A DNA stretch of 64,000 nucleotides from an uncultured Acidobacteriota bacterium. GTDB taxonomy: Bacteria; Acidobacteriota; Thermoanaerobaculia; Gp7-AA8. The notes beneath the pieces are model-generated. The model saw nothing but the letters and a program-made list of their open reading frames with translations, had not been told where the DNA came from and searched no databases. The DNA is taken from contig CAWGHO010000003.1 in NCBI GenBank assembly GCA_963822445.1, positions 640,001 to 704,000 on the forward strand. The letters run 5' to 3'. Shown one piece after another: positions 36,456 through 46,087 of the stretch; within the stretch, counting starts at the first letter, position 1; every line of letters starts with the position of its first letter. The position numbers and the translations under genes are program-made.

Positions 36456-38819
36456 ATGGCGTTGCTCCTCTACCTCGCGACCGCGCTGGTGATCCTCTGG
36501 CTCGCGCACCGGTTCATCAGGCCGATCTCTCGCGCGGCCGCGATGGTGCTGCTCGCACTGCCGTTCGCGATCGCGGGCTACGCGCTCATCACCAGCGGCG
36601 TGTACGGCCCCGTCGATCATCCATATCAATACCCGCCGCTCTCCGCGCTCGCGGAGGAGCACGGCATCGGACCGGCCCGAAACGCCTCGGCCATCGACAT
36701 CTGGAGCGAGTTCTATCCCTGGCGGCTGGCGGTGAAGGAGTCGCTGGCGCGCGGGGAGTGGCCGCTGTGGAACGCGTACAACCTGGCCGGTCATCCGCTC
36801 GCGGCCGAAGCGCAGTCGGCGCCGTTCTCGCCGTTCACGCTGCTCGCCTGTCTGCTGCCGGCGATGCTGAGCTGGACCTACTCGCTGGCCATCGTCCTCT
36901 TCATCGCCGCCCTCGGCGCATTCCTCTTCGCGCGCGAGCTCGGATGCGGCGAAGGGGCCTCGCTCGTCGCCGCGATCGGCTGGGGCCTGGCCTCCTGCAC
37001 CGGCTCGCGACTGACGGCGATGGGTTTTTCGACCGCGTACGCCCCCATGCTCCTCGCGGCCGTCCGCCGTGTAGTGTGGGCCTCCGGCCTACCTTCTTCG
37101 GTTTCTTCCGGCGCGTTCCTGACCGTGACCCTCACCCTCACTCTCCTCGAAGGCCACCCCGAGTCCCTCTTCCTCAACGTTCTCGTCGGCTCTGCTTACG
37201 CACTCTTCGAACTAATCCGCCGCCGCGCCGCCCCCTGGCGCGCGATCGCAACAGCCGTTGCCGCAGGCGCAATCACCCTGCTCCTCTGCGCGATTGCCTT
37301 GCTGCCGCTCCTCGAAGCGATTCCCCAGTCGCACGAGTACCTGGTGAAGAGCGATGCTCTCGCCGACGTCCCGCGCGGTCTGCCGAATCGCCACGTTGCG
37401 GCGGCGCTGGCCACGAATCTCTTTCCCTATCTCCAGGTCCGTCACTGGCTGAAGCCGGACGCCGGCTACGTCGCGCCGGAAACGACGCCGGTGGGCAGCA
37501 TCATCCTCGCGCTGTCGATCTACGCGGTCTGGCGCAGACGATCACCGGAAACGTGGTTCTTCGCCGGTCTGGCCGTGTTCTGCCTGCTGACCGGAGCGCG
37601 CTGGGCGCCGATCGCGGACACGCTGCACAAGCTCCCGCTGCTGAACATCACCTTTCATGACCGTCTCGCTTTTCACGGCGCAATCTGCCTGATCGTGCTG
37701 GCCGCGCTCGGCGTCGAGCATTGCCTGCGAACGAACGACCGCCGCGCGGTGATGTTCACCATGCTGGCGACACTCGCTTTCGTCATCGCCGGCACGTTCT
37801 GGCTGCAAACCAACACCATCCTCGCCACCACCGCCGCCGACTACGGCCGCTATCGCATCCTCGGCGAAATCGTCTTTCTCGCAGCGGCGACGTTGTTGCT
37901 CGCGTCGCGATCGCGCGTGTTGCTGCCGGCGCTGCTGGCGCTGCTGGTCGGCCAGCGCGCGCTCTCCGAGATCGACACGTTCGGGAACTTTCCGCTCAAA
38001 GCCGCTTATCCGCCGGTCGTGATGCTCGAGCCGCTGAAGCAGATTCGCGAGCCGTTCCGCATCGTGGGAGCTGGCCTTGCGCTGCCACCGGCGGTGAACA
38101 CGTTCTACGGCGTGGAAGACGTGCGCGGCTACGAGGCGCTCACGCTCGATCAGTTCGTCACGACCTGGAAGCTGTGGTGCCGGCGGCATGGGATCTGGTT
38201 CAACCGCGTCGACGATCTGACTTCGCCATTCCTGTCGCTGATGAACGTGCGCTTCGCCATTCAGTCGGACGATCTCCCGGTGCCGGTGGGCTGGCGAGTC
38301 GTTGGAAAGCAGCCAGGGGCGATGCTGCTGGAGAACGCGAACGTCATCGATCGCATCTTCGTGCCGTCGCGAGTCGTGCTTTCCGGCGCGCTTCCCGAGG
38401 AGATCGTCGACCGCATGGCGCCCGTTCGCGACTTTCGCGAGATCGCCTGGATCACCTCCCGCTCCGCCCAGCCCGAACAGCCGAACGGTCCCGGCAAAAT
38501 CACCCTGCGCTCCCGCAGCCGCGGCGGCGAATACGTCTTCGATGCGGCGATGGAGAACGACGGGTACGTGGTGATCAGCGACGCCGCATGGAAAGGCTGG
38601 CGCGCTTACGTCGACGGGCGCCGCGTTTCGCTCAATCGCGCGAACGCCGCGTTTCTGTCGGTGCTGGTGCCGAAAGGGCGGCACACGGTTCGGGTGGTGT
38701 ACATGCCTGGATCGTTCGTGCGCGGCCGGGCGATCAGCATCAGTACGCTGATGCTGATCGCCGGCGTGGCCCTGATTCGCCGTTACGGCAAAGACACGTT
38801 GTTCAGAGCGAGGGGATAG
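36456..38819 (+). CDS. YfhO-like polytopic membrane protein (putative GT-C glycosyltransferase)
   Basis: GEWPLWNAY, GHPE and GWRAYVDG..VPKGRHTV motifs; many TM helices. Confidence 0.8.
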   Translation: MALLLYLATALVILWLAHRFIRPISRAAAMVLLALPFAIAGYALITSGVYGPVDHPYQYPPLSALAEEHGIGPARNASAIDIWSEFYPWRLAVKESLARGEWPLWNAYNLAGHPLAAEAQSAPFSPFTLLACLLPAMLSWTYSLAIVLFIAALGAFLFARELGCGEGASLVAAIGWGLASCTGSRLTAMGFSTAYAPMLLAAVRRVVWASGLPSSVSSGAFLTVTLTLTLLEGHPESLFLNVLVGSAYALFELIRRRAAPWRAIATAVAAGAITLLLCAIALLPLLEAIPQSHEYLVKSDALADVPRGLPNRHVAAALATNLFPYLQVRHWLKPDAGYVAPETTPVGSIILALSIYAVWRRRSPETWFFAGLAVFCLLTGARWAPIADTLHKLPLLNITFHDRLAFHGAICLIVLAALGVEHCLRTNDRRAVMFTMLATLAFVIAGTFWLQTNTILATTAADYGRYRILGEIVFLAAATLLLASRSRVLLPALLALLVGQRALSEIDTFGNFPLKAAYPPVVMLEPLKQIREPFRIVGAGLALPPAVNTFYGVEDVRGYEALTLDQFVTTWKLWCRRHGIWFNRVDDLTSPFLSLMNVRFAIQSDDLPVPVGWRVVGKQPGAMLLENANVIDRIFVPSRVVLSGALPEEIVDRMAPVRDFREIAWITSRSAQPEQPNGPGKITLRSRSRGGEYVFDAAMENDGYVVISDAAWKGWRAYVDGRRVSLNRANAAFLSVLVPKGRHTVRVVYMPGSFVRGRAISISTLMLIAGVALIRRYGKDTLFRARG

Positions 38820-39625
38820 CGCACCAGGTTCTTCGAAGTGCGCATGCTCACCCGCAGTTTCCAGTCGGGCTGGGGCTTGCCCGCCCACGTCGAAAGCTTG
38901 GTCATCCCTTCATCGTCGATGACCGACACCATCTGCACTTCGCCGGCGCCGTCGATGTAGCTGATGTCCTGGATGCGCTTGTTCGGATCCTTGATCCGGA
39001 CCATGACGTCGTTCTCGGACGCGCCCATGAACATGCCTTCGAGGAACTGCTTGAGCATGTTCGCCAGGTCTTCGCCTTCGAATCCCATCTCCGCGTACTC
39101 TTTTTTCTTCTCGTCGGAGCGTTTCTTCTTCTCAGCCTCGAGCTGCGCGGGCGTCACGAGGGAGATCTCCACGCCGTTCGCCTTGAGGGCCTTGTGAGCG
39201 AGCGGCTTCCCGGACTGCGGAAGGAACTTCGCAACTTCGGCAATGCTGTTCGGATCCTTCGCCGGCATGAACAGCTCGATCTCGCCGCGCACTTCTTTGA
39301 TGCTCATCGCTTTGCGATCGGGATTCTTGAGCGTGACCGACACCGCGGCCGGACGGTCCGGCTGTCCACCACGGTTCGTCTCGAACTGAGGCTCCTTCGC
39401 CTCGGGATCGAGAAGATCGCGGCCGGTCTCATCGACGGCCTTCGTCAGAAGGACACGCGACGCCGCGACGTCCGACGATTTGATCTTCGGCATCTCCACG
39501 GAGATGGCCAGCTGGGCGAAGAAGCCGTTGGTCCGGCGATCGTTGACCTGGCGCACGACGAGCGATTCCTGCGCGGCGACGGCCGTACTGGAGAGAACGA
39601 GAGTGAGAGCGATCAGCGTCTTCAT
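38783..39625 (-). CDS. Secreted hypothetical protein, paralog of 39622..40518
   Basis: Signal peptide; shares AxDxxGxxLL, PxRKA and ELxxPxKDPN motifs with its neighbour. Confidence 0.7.
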   Translation of the reverse strand: MKTLIALTLVLSSTAVAAQESLVVRQVNDRRTNGFFAQLAISVEMPKIKSSDVAASRVLLTKAVDETGRDLLDPEAKEPQFETNRGGQPDRPAAVSVTLKNPDRKAMSIKEVRGEIELFMPAKDPNSIAEVAKFLPQSGKPLAHKALKANGVEISLVTPAQLEAEKKKRSDEKKKEYAEMGFEGEDLANMLKQFLEGMFMGASENDVMVRIKDPNKRIQDISYIDGAGEVQMVSVIDDEGMTKLSTWAGKPQPDWKLRVSMRTSKNLVRYPLALNNVSLP

Positions 39626-40518
39626 GGCAATTGCACCTTCAGGTCGAACGGAAAGGAGGCCCTGGCCTTGTCGGTGACCATCTGGATCTCCAGCCTGGCG
39701 TCGGCAGGGATGGGCTCGGAGAGATTGAGGGTCATCAGCGCGGACTCGCCGCGCGTGCTCGTGGAACGGCCGGAGGTGTTCATCGGCTTGCCGTCGCTGC
39801 CGAGGACCTCGATGCGGAAGATGCGGTCGAAGTCGGCTTTCTTGCCGGAGAGGACCACCGCCCCTTCCGGATAGCCGCTGTCCATCGACTCGAAGGCCTT
39901 GGCCATTTCGATGGCCAGCTCGATCTCCTTCGCATCGACGCCGCGCGCTTTTCCTTCGGCGCGGATCTTCTCGATGTCTTCCGCGGTGATCGTCCGCGCT
40001 TTCTTCGCAGCCTCGTAACCCTCACGCGAAAGCGGCGTGATCTCCAGCTTCGCCGCCTTGAGCGCCTTCGAGGAAAACGGCACGTCGAGCTTCGCGAGAG
40101 GCTTGTCTATTTTCACACTGGCGTTCGGATCCTTGCCGGGAACGTAAAGCTCGACGGTTCCTTTCAAGCGAACCGACGTGGCCTTGCGCTCCGGCTGGCC
40201 GACCGACATCTGCAACGTCCCGCTGTTGTAGTCGCGTGGCATGAAGTCGGGGATGTCCGGATTGGCTTTGAGAAGGTTCTTGCCGCTGTCGTCTTTGGCT
40301 TCCTTGACGATCACGCGCGCGGCTGTGGCTTTGTCGAGTCCGGAGCCGGTGAGCTTGACCCGCAGATCGAGGCCGCCGGCCATCTGAAATCCGCCCGTGT
40401 CGCTGGACGACACGCGGTTGTCGACGACATCGTCGACTTCCACGCCTACGCCGGATTGTCCGTGCGCGGCCGTGGTGAGAAGGAGAAGGAGCCCGAGAAC
40501 GAAGGTTGCCCGCATCAA
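39622..40518 (-). CDS. Secreted hypothetical protein, paralog of 38783..39625
   Basis: Signal peptide, GAGGTG SD, ATGA overlap with the next gene. Confidence 0.7.
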   Translation of the reverse strand: MMRATFVLGLLLLLTTAAHGQSGVGVEVDDVVDNRVSSSDTGGFQMAGGLDLRVKLTGSGLDKATAARVIVKEAKDDSGKNLLKANPDIPDFMPRDYNSGTLQMSVGQPERKATSVRLKGTVELYVPGKDPNASVKIDKPLAKLDVPFSSKALKAAKLEITPLSREGYEAAKKARTITAEDIEKIRAEGKARGVDAKEIELAIEMAKAFESMDSGYPEGAVVLSGKKADFDRIFRIEVLGSDGKPMNTSGRSTSTRGESALMTLNLSEPIPADARLEIQMVTDKARASFPFDLKVQLP

Positions 40519-40584
40519 TCACCTCTTTTGTTGAGGAGGGGAAGATACGACCTGGACGGCTGCGCGACCGTGCGTGGGGTCACA

Positions 40585-40741
40585 AGGGGACGACGAGGGG
40601 CCTCCGGCGGGCCGGCACGGCCGGCAGCGCTGATGTTCGCGTGAACGCGACTCGCGCTAACTACCGCGAGCGCGGCAGAAGGCACAACCAGCGCCTGCCG
40701 GCCCGTGGCCGGCCCGCCGGAGGCCTCCCGGTCGTATCCCT
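40585..40741. repeat. About 157-bp palindromic element with long terminal inverted repeats (copy 1)
   Basis: GGCCTCCGGCGGGCCGGC ... GCCGGCCCGCCGGAGGCC; homologous to 47977-48136 in the opposite orientation. Confidence 0.85.
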
Positions 40742-40757
40742 GGTGCAAAATGCGCGG

Positions 40758-41978
40758 ATGCGCCGATCAGTCCTCATTCTTCTCTCCGTCCTCACGTTGC
40801 TGTCCCCCGTGGCCGAAGCGGCGCGGCGCCGTTCGGTCGGTACGGCCGAGATCGTGGTCATCGGCGGTCTCTTTTCCCTCACCGGCGACGGCGCAACCCT
40901 CGGCCGGGCCAGTCAGGCCGCGCTGGAGATCGCCGCGGACGACATCAACGACGAGCTCGCGGCGCTTCGCCTCCCGTATCGCGTGCAGCCGTTGATCGTC
41001 GACACGCAGCTCAAGGCCAGCGTTGCCCAGGAGAAGATCGCCGAGTTGCACGAGGCCGGCGCGAGGTACGTCATCGGACCGCAATCGAGTGCCGAGGCGG
41101 GGGCGATTCTGTCGTTTGCGAACCAGTACGGCATCGTCCTGATCAGCCAGGGCAGCACCGCGTTCTCGCTGGCGATCCCGGACGACTACCTCTTTCGCCT
41201 CGCGCCGAACGATCGATTGGAAGGGGCGGCCATGTCCGCCGTCATGCGCGCTGATGGAATCGAGGTGGTCGTGCCCATCTGGCGCAACGACACCGGCAAC
41301 ACCGGCCTTCGCGACGGGGCGATGCAGTTTTTCGTGGCCGGCGGCGGCATCGTTCACGGCGGGGTTCCCTACGATCCGACGACTACCGATTTCACCGTGA
41401 CCGTCAACGCGCTCGGCGATGCCGTGCGCGCCGCGAAGAATGCAAACCCCGGCAAGCGTGTCGGCGTTTACATCGCCGCGTTCGAGGAAGGTGCGTCGAT
41501 CTTCGACCGCGCCCGACTCGATGCTGACCTGAGTGGTGCGCGCTGGTACGGTGGCGATGGATTGACGCAGAGTCAGGCTCTGCTTGCGAATCCGGCGGTG
41601 GCCGCGTTTGCCGCGGCGACGTCGTTCACGGCGCCGGCGGTCGGTCTCGGCGAGACGACTCGCGATCGGTGGGAGCCGCTGAGCGAAGCGATCGAAGCGC
41701 GCGTCGGATTTCTGCCTGACGCTTTCTCGCTGTCGGTCTACGACGCGGCCTGGGTGGCGATCCTGTCGCACATCGAAAGCCGCGGCCGTTCCGATCTGCG
41801 CCGCGAGTCCTTCGTCCGCAACGTGCAGCGTTACTGGGGCGTGACCGGCCCGACAGCGCTCGACGCCGCGGGCGACCGGAAGAACGCCGACTTTGATTTG
41901 TGGACCGTGCAGGAGACGGGGACGAAGATCGACTGGGTCCGCACCGCGCAGTACGTGAGCGGACGGCTGGTGCGCTGA
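40758..41978 (+). CDS. Periplasmic binding protein, type 1 (LivJ-like)
   Basis: IGGLFSLTG, VIGPQSS, LFRLAPND and YDAAW motifs; signal peptide. Confidence 0.85.
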   Translation: MRRSVLILLSVLTLLSPVAEAARRRSVGTAEIVVIGGLFSLTGDGATLGRASQAALEIAADDINDELAALRLPYRVQPLIVDTQLKASVAQEKIAELHEAGARYVIGPQSSAEAGAILSFANQYGIVLISQGSTAFSLAIPDDYLFRLAPNDRLEGAAMSAVMRADGIEVVVPIWRNDTGNTGLRDGAMQFFVAGGGIVHGGVPYDPTTTDFTVTVNALGDAVRAAKNANPGKRVGVYIAAFEEGASIFDRARLDADLSGARWYGGDGLTQSQALLANPAVAAFAAATSFTAPAVGLGETTRDRWEPLSEAIEARVGFLPDAFSLSVYDAAWVAILSHIESRGRSDLRRESFVRNVQRYWGVTGPTALDAAGDRKNADFDLWTVQETGTKIDWVRTAQYVSGRLVR

Positions 41979-41989
41979 GGGAGGTCCGC

Positions 41990-42883
41990 ATGAAAACGAT
42001 CGCTTTGCTGATTGCGTTGCTCGCGTTGCCGCTGTCCGGCCAGGCCTCGCGCGGCAATCCGGACATGTCGTTCGGCGGCGAGACGGTCGACGCGATGATC
42101 GCCGCGTTCATGAAAGAGCACGACGTGGCCGGGATGGCTGTGGCGATCGTGCAGGCGCCGTACATCACTCGCGTCACGGGCTTCGGCGTCGCCGACAAGG
42201 ACCGCCGCACGCTCGTCGCTGACAACACCGTGTTCGATGTCGGGCAGATGAAGAACGCCTACACCGCGGTGGCGGTGATGCAGCTCGTGGAGATGGGCAA
42301 GTTGAAGCTCGAGGACGTCCGCGAGCCGCTTCGCACCGCCGACGCGTCGCTCGAACGGCTCGTGGAAAAAGCGAGCGGCATGACCTACGAGGACTTCGTC
42401 CGCAGGGAACAGTTCGAACGGATCGGGTTGAAGCACACGTTCTTCGGCGCCGATCTCGCTCGCGTACCTCGCGACCCGGCGAAGAAGTTCCTGAGCGAGC
42501 CGCGTTTCATCGATCCGACCGAAGCTGCCACCGGCTACGGCAAGAGCGTGAACGTGGAGCCGCGCGCGATCTACTCATCGGCGCGCGACATCAGCTTCTG
42601 GGACATCGCCCTGGCCGGCGAGATCCTGATCAAGGATCCAGCGCTGCGGAAGGTCCTCTACGTTCCCGGCGAGGCCAAGCGGGTGGGCGCGTGGAACTTT
42701 CCCGGACATCCCGGCCTGATGATCACCACCGGCAGCGGCAACGGGTTCTCGTCGCTCCTGAGCCGCTACACGGACCCGAGTGAGCTGGTGTGTGTGACGC
42801 TGCTGGCGAATCGCGAAGGTCTGGACCTTCACGCGCTTGCGCAGAAAATCGCTGCCGCGCACAACGGGAGACTGAAGCCTTAG
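41990..42883 (+). CDS. Beta-lactamase/serine-hydrolase-fold protein lacking the SxxK motif
   Basis: VAGMAVAIV..GFGVAD..TVFDVGQMKNAYTAVAVMQLVEMGKL; GAGG SD. Confidence 0.7.
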   Translation: MKTIALLIALLALPLSGQASRGNPDMSFGGETVDAMIAAFMKEHDVAGMAVAIVQAPYITRVTGFGVADKDRRTLVADNTVFDVGQMKNAYTAVAVMQLVEMGKLKLEDVREPLRTADASLERLVEKASGMTYEDFVRREQFERIGLKHTFFGADLARVPRDPAKKFLSEPRFIDPTEAATGYGKSVNVEPRAIYSSARDISFWDIALAGEILIKDPALRKVLYVPGEAKRVGAWNFPGHPGLMITTGSGNGFSSLLSRYTDPSELVCVTLLANREGLDLHALAQKIAAAHNGRLKP

Positions 42884-42982
42884 TACGGCGGCCGTCCCGG
42901 CCGCATCCTGCCGGGCGTCTCGCCCGGCAGTCCAGCGCGGGGCGATACGCCCCGCGCGTCGCGGGCGGGACGCCCGCCGTAC
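42883..42982. repeat. REP/BIME-like cluster of four short palindromes
   Basis: Terminal units GTACGGCGGCCGTCCCGGCCGC and GCGGGCGGGACGCCCGCCGTAC (20/22 inverted match) enclose two internal hairpins; lies between convergent genes. Confidence 0.75.
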
Positions 42983-42984
42983 GT

Positions 42985-44406
42985 TCACACCCGCACGTAT
43001 TCGTAATCCACCGGCATGTTGTTGATGCCGCGATCGGGCGGTGCGATCCAGCTCGCCACCTTCCCCGGCTCGAGCACCGCGTGCATCACCGACGCGACGA
43101 AGTTCTGGTCCTCGGGCGTCGGAATCCAGTTCGGCAGGCCCGCAGCGAATGCTTCCGGTGCGATCGGATTGCCGGCCGGATCGGTAGGCACGTTCGCCCA
43201 CGCGCCGACGGTGCGGCGGAAGCGCGGAGAGGGAAGGCGCAGCTCGAAATCAATGCCGGCCTTTTCGATGATCTTGTTCCAGCGCTTCACGCCGTTCTCG
43301 CAATCGCGGACGTACGCGACGCGCAGGATCTCGTTCATGGCATTGCGCTGAGAGACCGTCTCCGTCTTCACGCCGCCTTTGCCGTCCGGCACGTCCAGCG
43401 AGTAGTCGCCGTTCGCGATGTGATCGTCGTACAGCGATTCGTCGGGACGGCCCTTCAAGCCGTTCGCGAAGTAGCTCGCGGCATTCGACGAGATCTCCGA
43501 GCCGAACAGATCGAGCGCGGAGCTGAACCAGAAGTTCATGTACTTCTGAATCGTCGGCAGGTCGATTGCGCCGCCGGCGCGCACTTTCCGCGGATCGTCG
43601 GTCTTCAACTCGTTCATCACTTCGACCGAACGGCGCACCACCCGTCCGATGCCCGTGTCGCCCACGAACATGTGATGCGCTTCCTCGGTGAGCATGAACT
43701 GGCAGGTCCGCGCGAGCGGATCGAAGCCGCTCTCGGCCAGGGCCTTGAGCTGGAACTTGCCGTCGCGATCGGTGAAGTACGCGAACATGTAGAACGAGAG
43801 CCAGTCGTTGATCGGCTCGTTGAACGTCGAGAGGATGCGCGGCTTGTCCGCGTCGCCGGAGTGGCGCTCGAGCAGCCCTTCCGCTTCCTCGCGGCCGTCG
43901 CGGCCGAAGTAGGCATGGAGGAGGTAGACCATCGCCCAGAGGTGGCGGCCTTCCTCGACGTTGACCTGAAAGAGATTGCGGAGGTCGTACAGCGACGGCG
44001 CGCTCTGTCCGAGGGCTCGTTGCTGCTCGACGGATGCGGGCTCTGTGTCGCCCTGCGTGACGATGAGCCGCCGCAGCGTGGAGCGATGCTCGCCCGGCAC
44101 GACCTGCCAGGCCGGCTGGCCGATGTTGTCGCCGAAGCCGATGGTGCGGTCCTGCTTCTGATCGGCGAGGAAGATGCCCCAGCGGTACTCGGGCATCTTC
44201 ACCATCCCGAACGTCGCCCAGCCTTCCTTGTCCACCGAGGTTGCGGTGCGGAGATAGACGTCGTTGTTCTGGAAGATCGCGGGTCCGAGGTCCTTCCACC
44301 AGTCGAGAAAGCGCGGCTGCCAGTGCTCGAGGGCGCGCTGCAGCGTTTTGTTCGTCGAGAGATCGACGTTGTTGGGGATTTTGTCGTCGTAGTTGATTGC
44401 GGCCAT
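42985..44406 (-). CDS. boxB: Benzoyl-CoA 2,3-epoxidase subunit B
   Basis: KIPNNVDL, QGDTEPASVEQ, and diiron motifs VEEGRH and TEEAHH. Confidence 0.95.
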   Translation of the reverse strand: MAAINYDDKIPNNVDLSTNKTLQRALEHWQPRFLDWWKDLGPAIFQNNDVYLRTATSVDKEGWATFGMVKMPEYRWGIFLADQKQDRTIGFGDNIGQPAWQVVPGEHRSTLRRLIVTQGDTEPASVEQQRALGQSAPSLYDLRNLFQVNVEEGRHLWAMVYLLHAYFGRDGREEAEGLLERHSGDADKPRILSTFNEPINDWLSFYMFAYFTDRDGKFQLKALAESGFDPLARTCQFMLTEEAHHMFVGDTGIGRVVRRSVEVMNELKTDDPRKVRAGGAIDLPTIQKYMNFWFSSALDLFGSEISSNAASYFANGLKGRPDESLYDDHIANGDYSLDVPDGKGGVKTETVSQRNAMNEILRVAYVRDCENGVKRWNKIIEKAGIDFELRLPSPRFRRTVGAWANVPTDPAGNPIAPEAFAAGLPNWIPTPEDQNFVASVMHAVLEPGKVASWIAPPDRGINNMPVDYEYVRV

Positions 44407-44409
44407 CGG

Positions 44410-46050
44410 TCAGACCCTTTCCCATCCAAACTTCGGTTTCGTCCCACTGCCGAACAGCTTCAGCGCGCCCTGCTCGCCGACGGCGTTCGGGCGGATGAAG
44501 ATCCAGTTCTGCCACGCCGAAAGACGGCCGAAGATCTTCGTGGCCACCGTCTCGCGTCCAGCGAAGCGGAGGCTCGCTTCCATTCCGGTCAGCGCGTCCG
44601 GCGAGAGACTCGCGCGCTCTTCGATTGCCAGGCGCAGCTCGTCTTCCCAATCCAGCTCGTCGGGAGCAAAGGTGATGAGCCCCCGCTCGATCGCCTCCTC
44701 GGCATCGAACGGCGTCTCTTTTCCGACTTCAGATGCGCCGCCGAAACGCGTCTCCAATCGCGTGACACCGTTGACCATCTTGTACGGCCCGAAGCCTGTG
44801 GTGAGCGAAGTCGAACCATTCATCGCGCTCAGCGCGACGCGCGGTCCGTTCTCTTCGGCGAGCAGCATGTACGAGCGATCCGCGGCCAGCGCGAGCTCAA
44901 ACAGCGTGCCGGCGAAACAGGAACCCTGATCGATGACTGCGTAAATGCTGCGGGAGGAAACGTCGAGTCTAGCGAAGGTGCGGCGAATGAAGCCGATCGT
45001 CTCGCGCACGAACCAGTGTTCCTTGTGCTGCTCGAGCGCGCGATCGATGCGCAGGACGTCGTCGATCTCGCCCTTCGTTTTCACGATCCAGATCCCGGCT
45101 TCACGCACGTTCGTGCGGAGGTGCAGGATGGCGTCGTCGAGCTCACGGGCCAGGGCCAGCGGCCACCACTGCGCGCCGCGGGCGACGATCGCGTCGATGT
45201 CGACCGCTTCATCGGCGGCCGGTGCGTTGACGGTGATGGTGATCGTCCGCGCCTCGGCATCGATCGCGACGTCGACATGCTCGTAATGCAGACCCGCTTC
45301 ATCGACGGTGCGCTTCAGCGGCGTCAAGGCGATGCCCTTCGCGTCTTTCGGGCGATCGGTCGAAGCTGCGAGTGCCTGCGCGCGCTCCTGGACTTTCTCG
45401 ACGAAGGAGCGCGGCGGCACGACTTCATCGACGAGACCCCAGGTCTTCGCTTTCGCTCCGCCGAATCCTTCCGCGGTCGTGCAGAAGACGTCGGCGAGAT
45501 CGCGGCGCACTTTGCGTTTGTCGACGAGCCGCGTCAGTCCACCCGTCCCGGGCAACACCGCCAGCAGCGGCACCTCGGGGAAGCTGACTGTCGACGAACG
45601 GTCATCGACTAGGACGATCTCGTCGCATGCGAGCGCGAGCTCGTATCCGCCGCCCGCCGCTGTGCCGTTGACCGCCGCGAGGAACTTCAAACCCGAGCTC
45701 TCGCTCGAATCCTCGATTCCGTTGCGGGTCTCGTTGGTGAACTTGCAGAAGTTCACCTTCGTGGCGTGGGAGGCCTTGCCGAGCATGTAGATGTTCGCGC
45801 CGGCGCAGAACATCCGCTCCTTCGCGCTCGCGAGCACGACCGCCCCGACCTCGGGATGCTCGAAGCGGATGCGGTCGAGCGCGTCGCGGAGCTCGATGTC
45901 CACGCCGAGGTCGTAGGAGTTGAGCTTCAGCTTGTAGCCTTCGTCGATGCCGCCGTCCTCGTTGACGTCGAGGGCGATGGTGGCCACGGGGCCGTCAAAG
46001 GTGAGCCGCCAGTGCTGGTAAGTGGCCGGGTCACGGTCGAATGTGATCAT
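44410..46050 (-). CDS. boxC: 2,3-epoxybenzoyl-CoA dihydrolase
   Basis: LKLNSYDLGVDIEL, KVNFCKFTNETRN and AWQNWIFIRPNAVG; ATG 46050 with GAGGTG SD. Confidence 0.95.
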   Translation of the reverse strand: MITFDRDPATYQHWRLTFDGPVATIALDVNEDGGIDEGYKLKLNSYDLGVDIELRDALDRIRFEHPEVGAVVLASAKERMFCAGANIYMLGKASHATKVNFCKFTNETRNGIEDSSESSGLKFLAAVNGTAAGGGYELALACDEIVLVDDRSSTVSFPEVPLLAVLPGTGGLTRLVDKRKVRRDLADVFCTTAEGFGGAKAKTWGLVDEVVPPRSFVEKVQERAQALAASTDRPKDAKGIALTPLKRTVDEAGLHYEHVDVAIDAEARTITITVNAPAADEAVDIDAIVARGAQWWPLALARELDDAILHLRTNVREAGIWIVKTKGEIDDVLRIDRALEQHKEHWFVRETIGFIRRTFARLDVSSRSIYAVIDQGSCFAGTLFELALAADRSYMLLAEENGPRVALSAMNGSTSLTTGFGPYKMVNGVTRLETRFGGASEVGKETPFDAEEAIERGLITFAPDELDWEDELRLAIEERASLSPDALTGMEASLRFAGRETVATKIFGRLSAWQNWIFIRPNAVGEQGALKLFGSGTKPKFGWERV

Positions 46051-46071
46051 TGGCACCTCAAAAACAAGACT

Positions 46072-46087
46072 CGGAACTATAATTCCG
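46072..46087. promoter_or_regulatory. Candidate BoxR operator upstream of boxC
   Basis: Near-perfect palindrome CGGAACTATAATTCCG; second copy at 46909-46924. Confidence 0.6.

Noticed and set aside
40674-40684. GGCAGAAGGCA inside the 160-bp element, resembling the czc heptamer
   Set aside because: Only about 1.5 units and not a tandem tract; probably chance.
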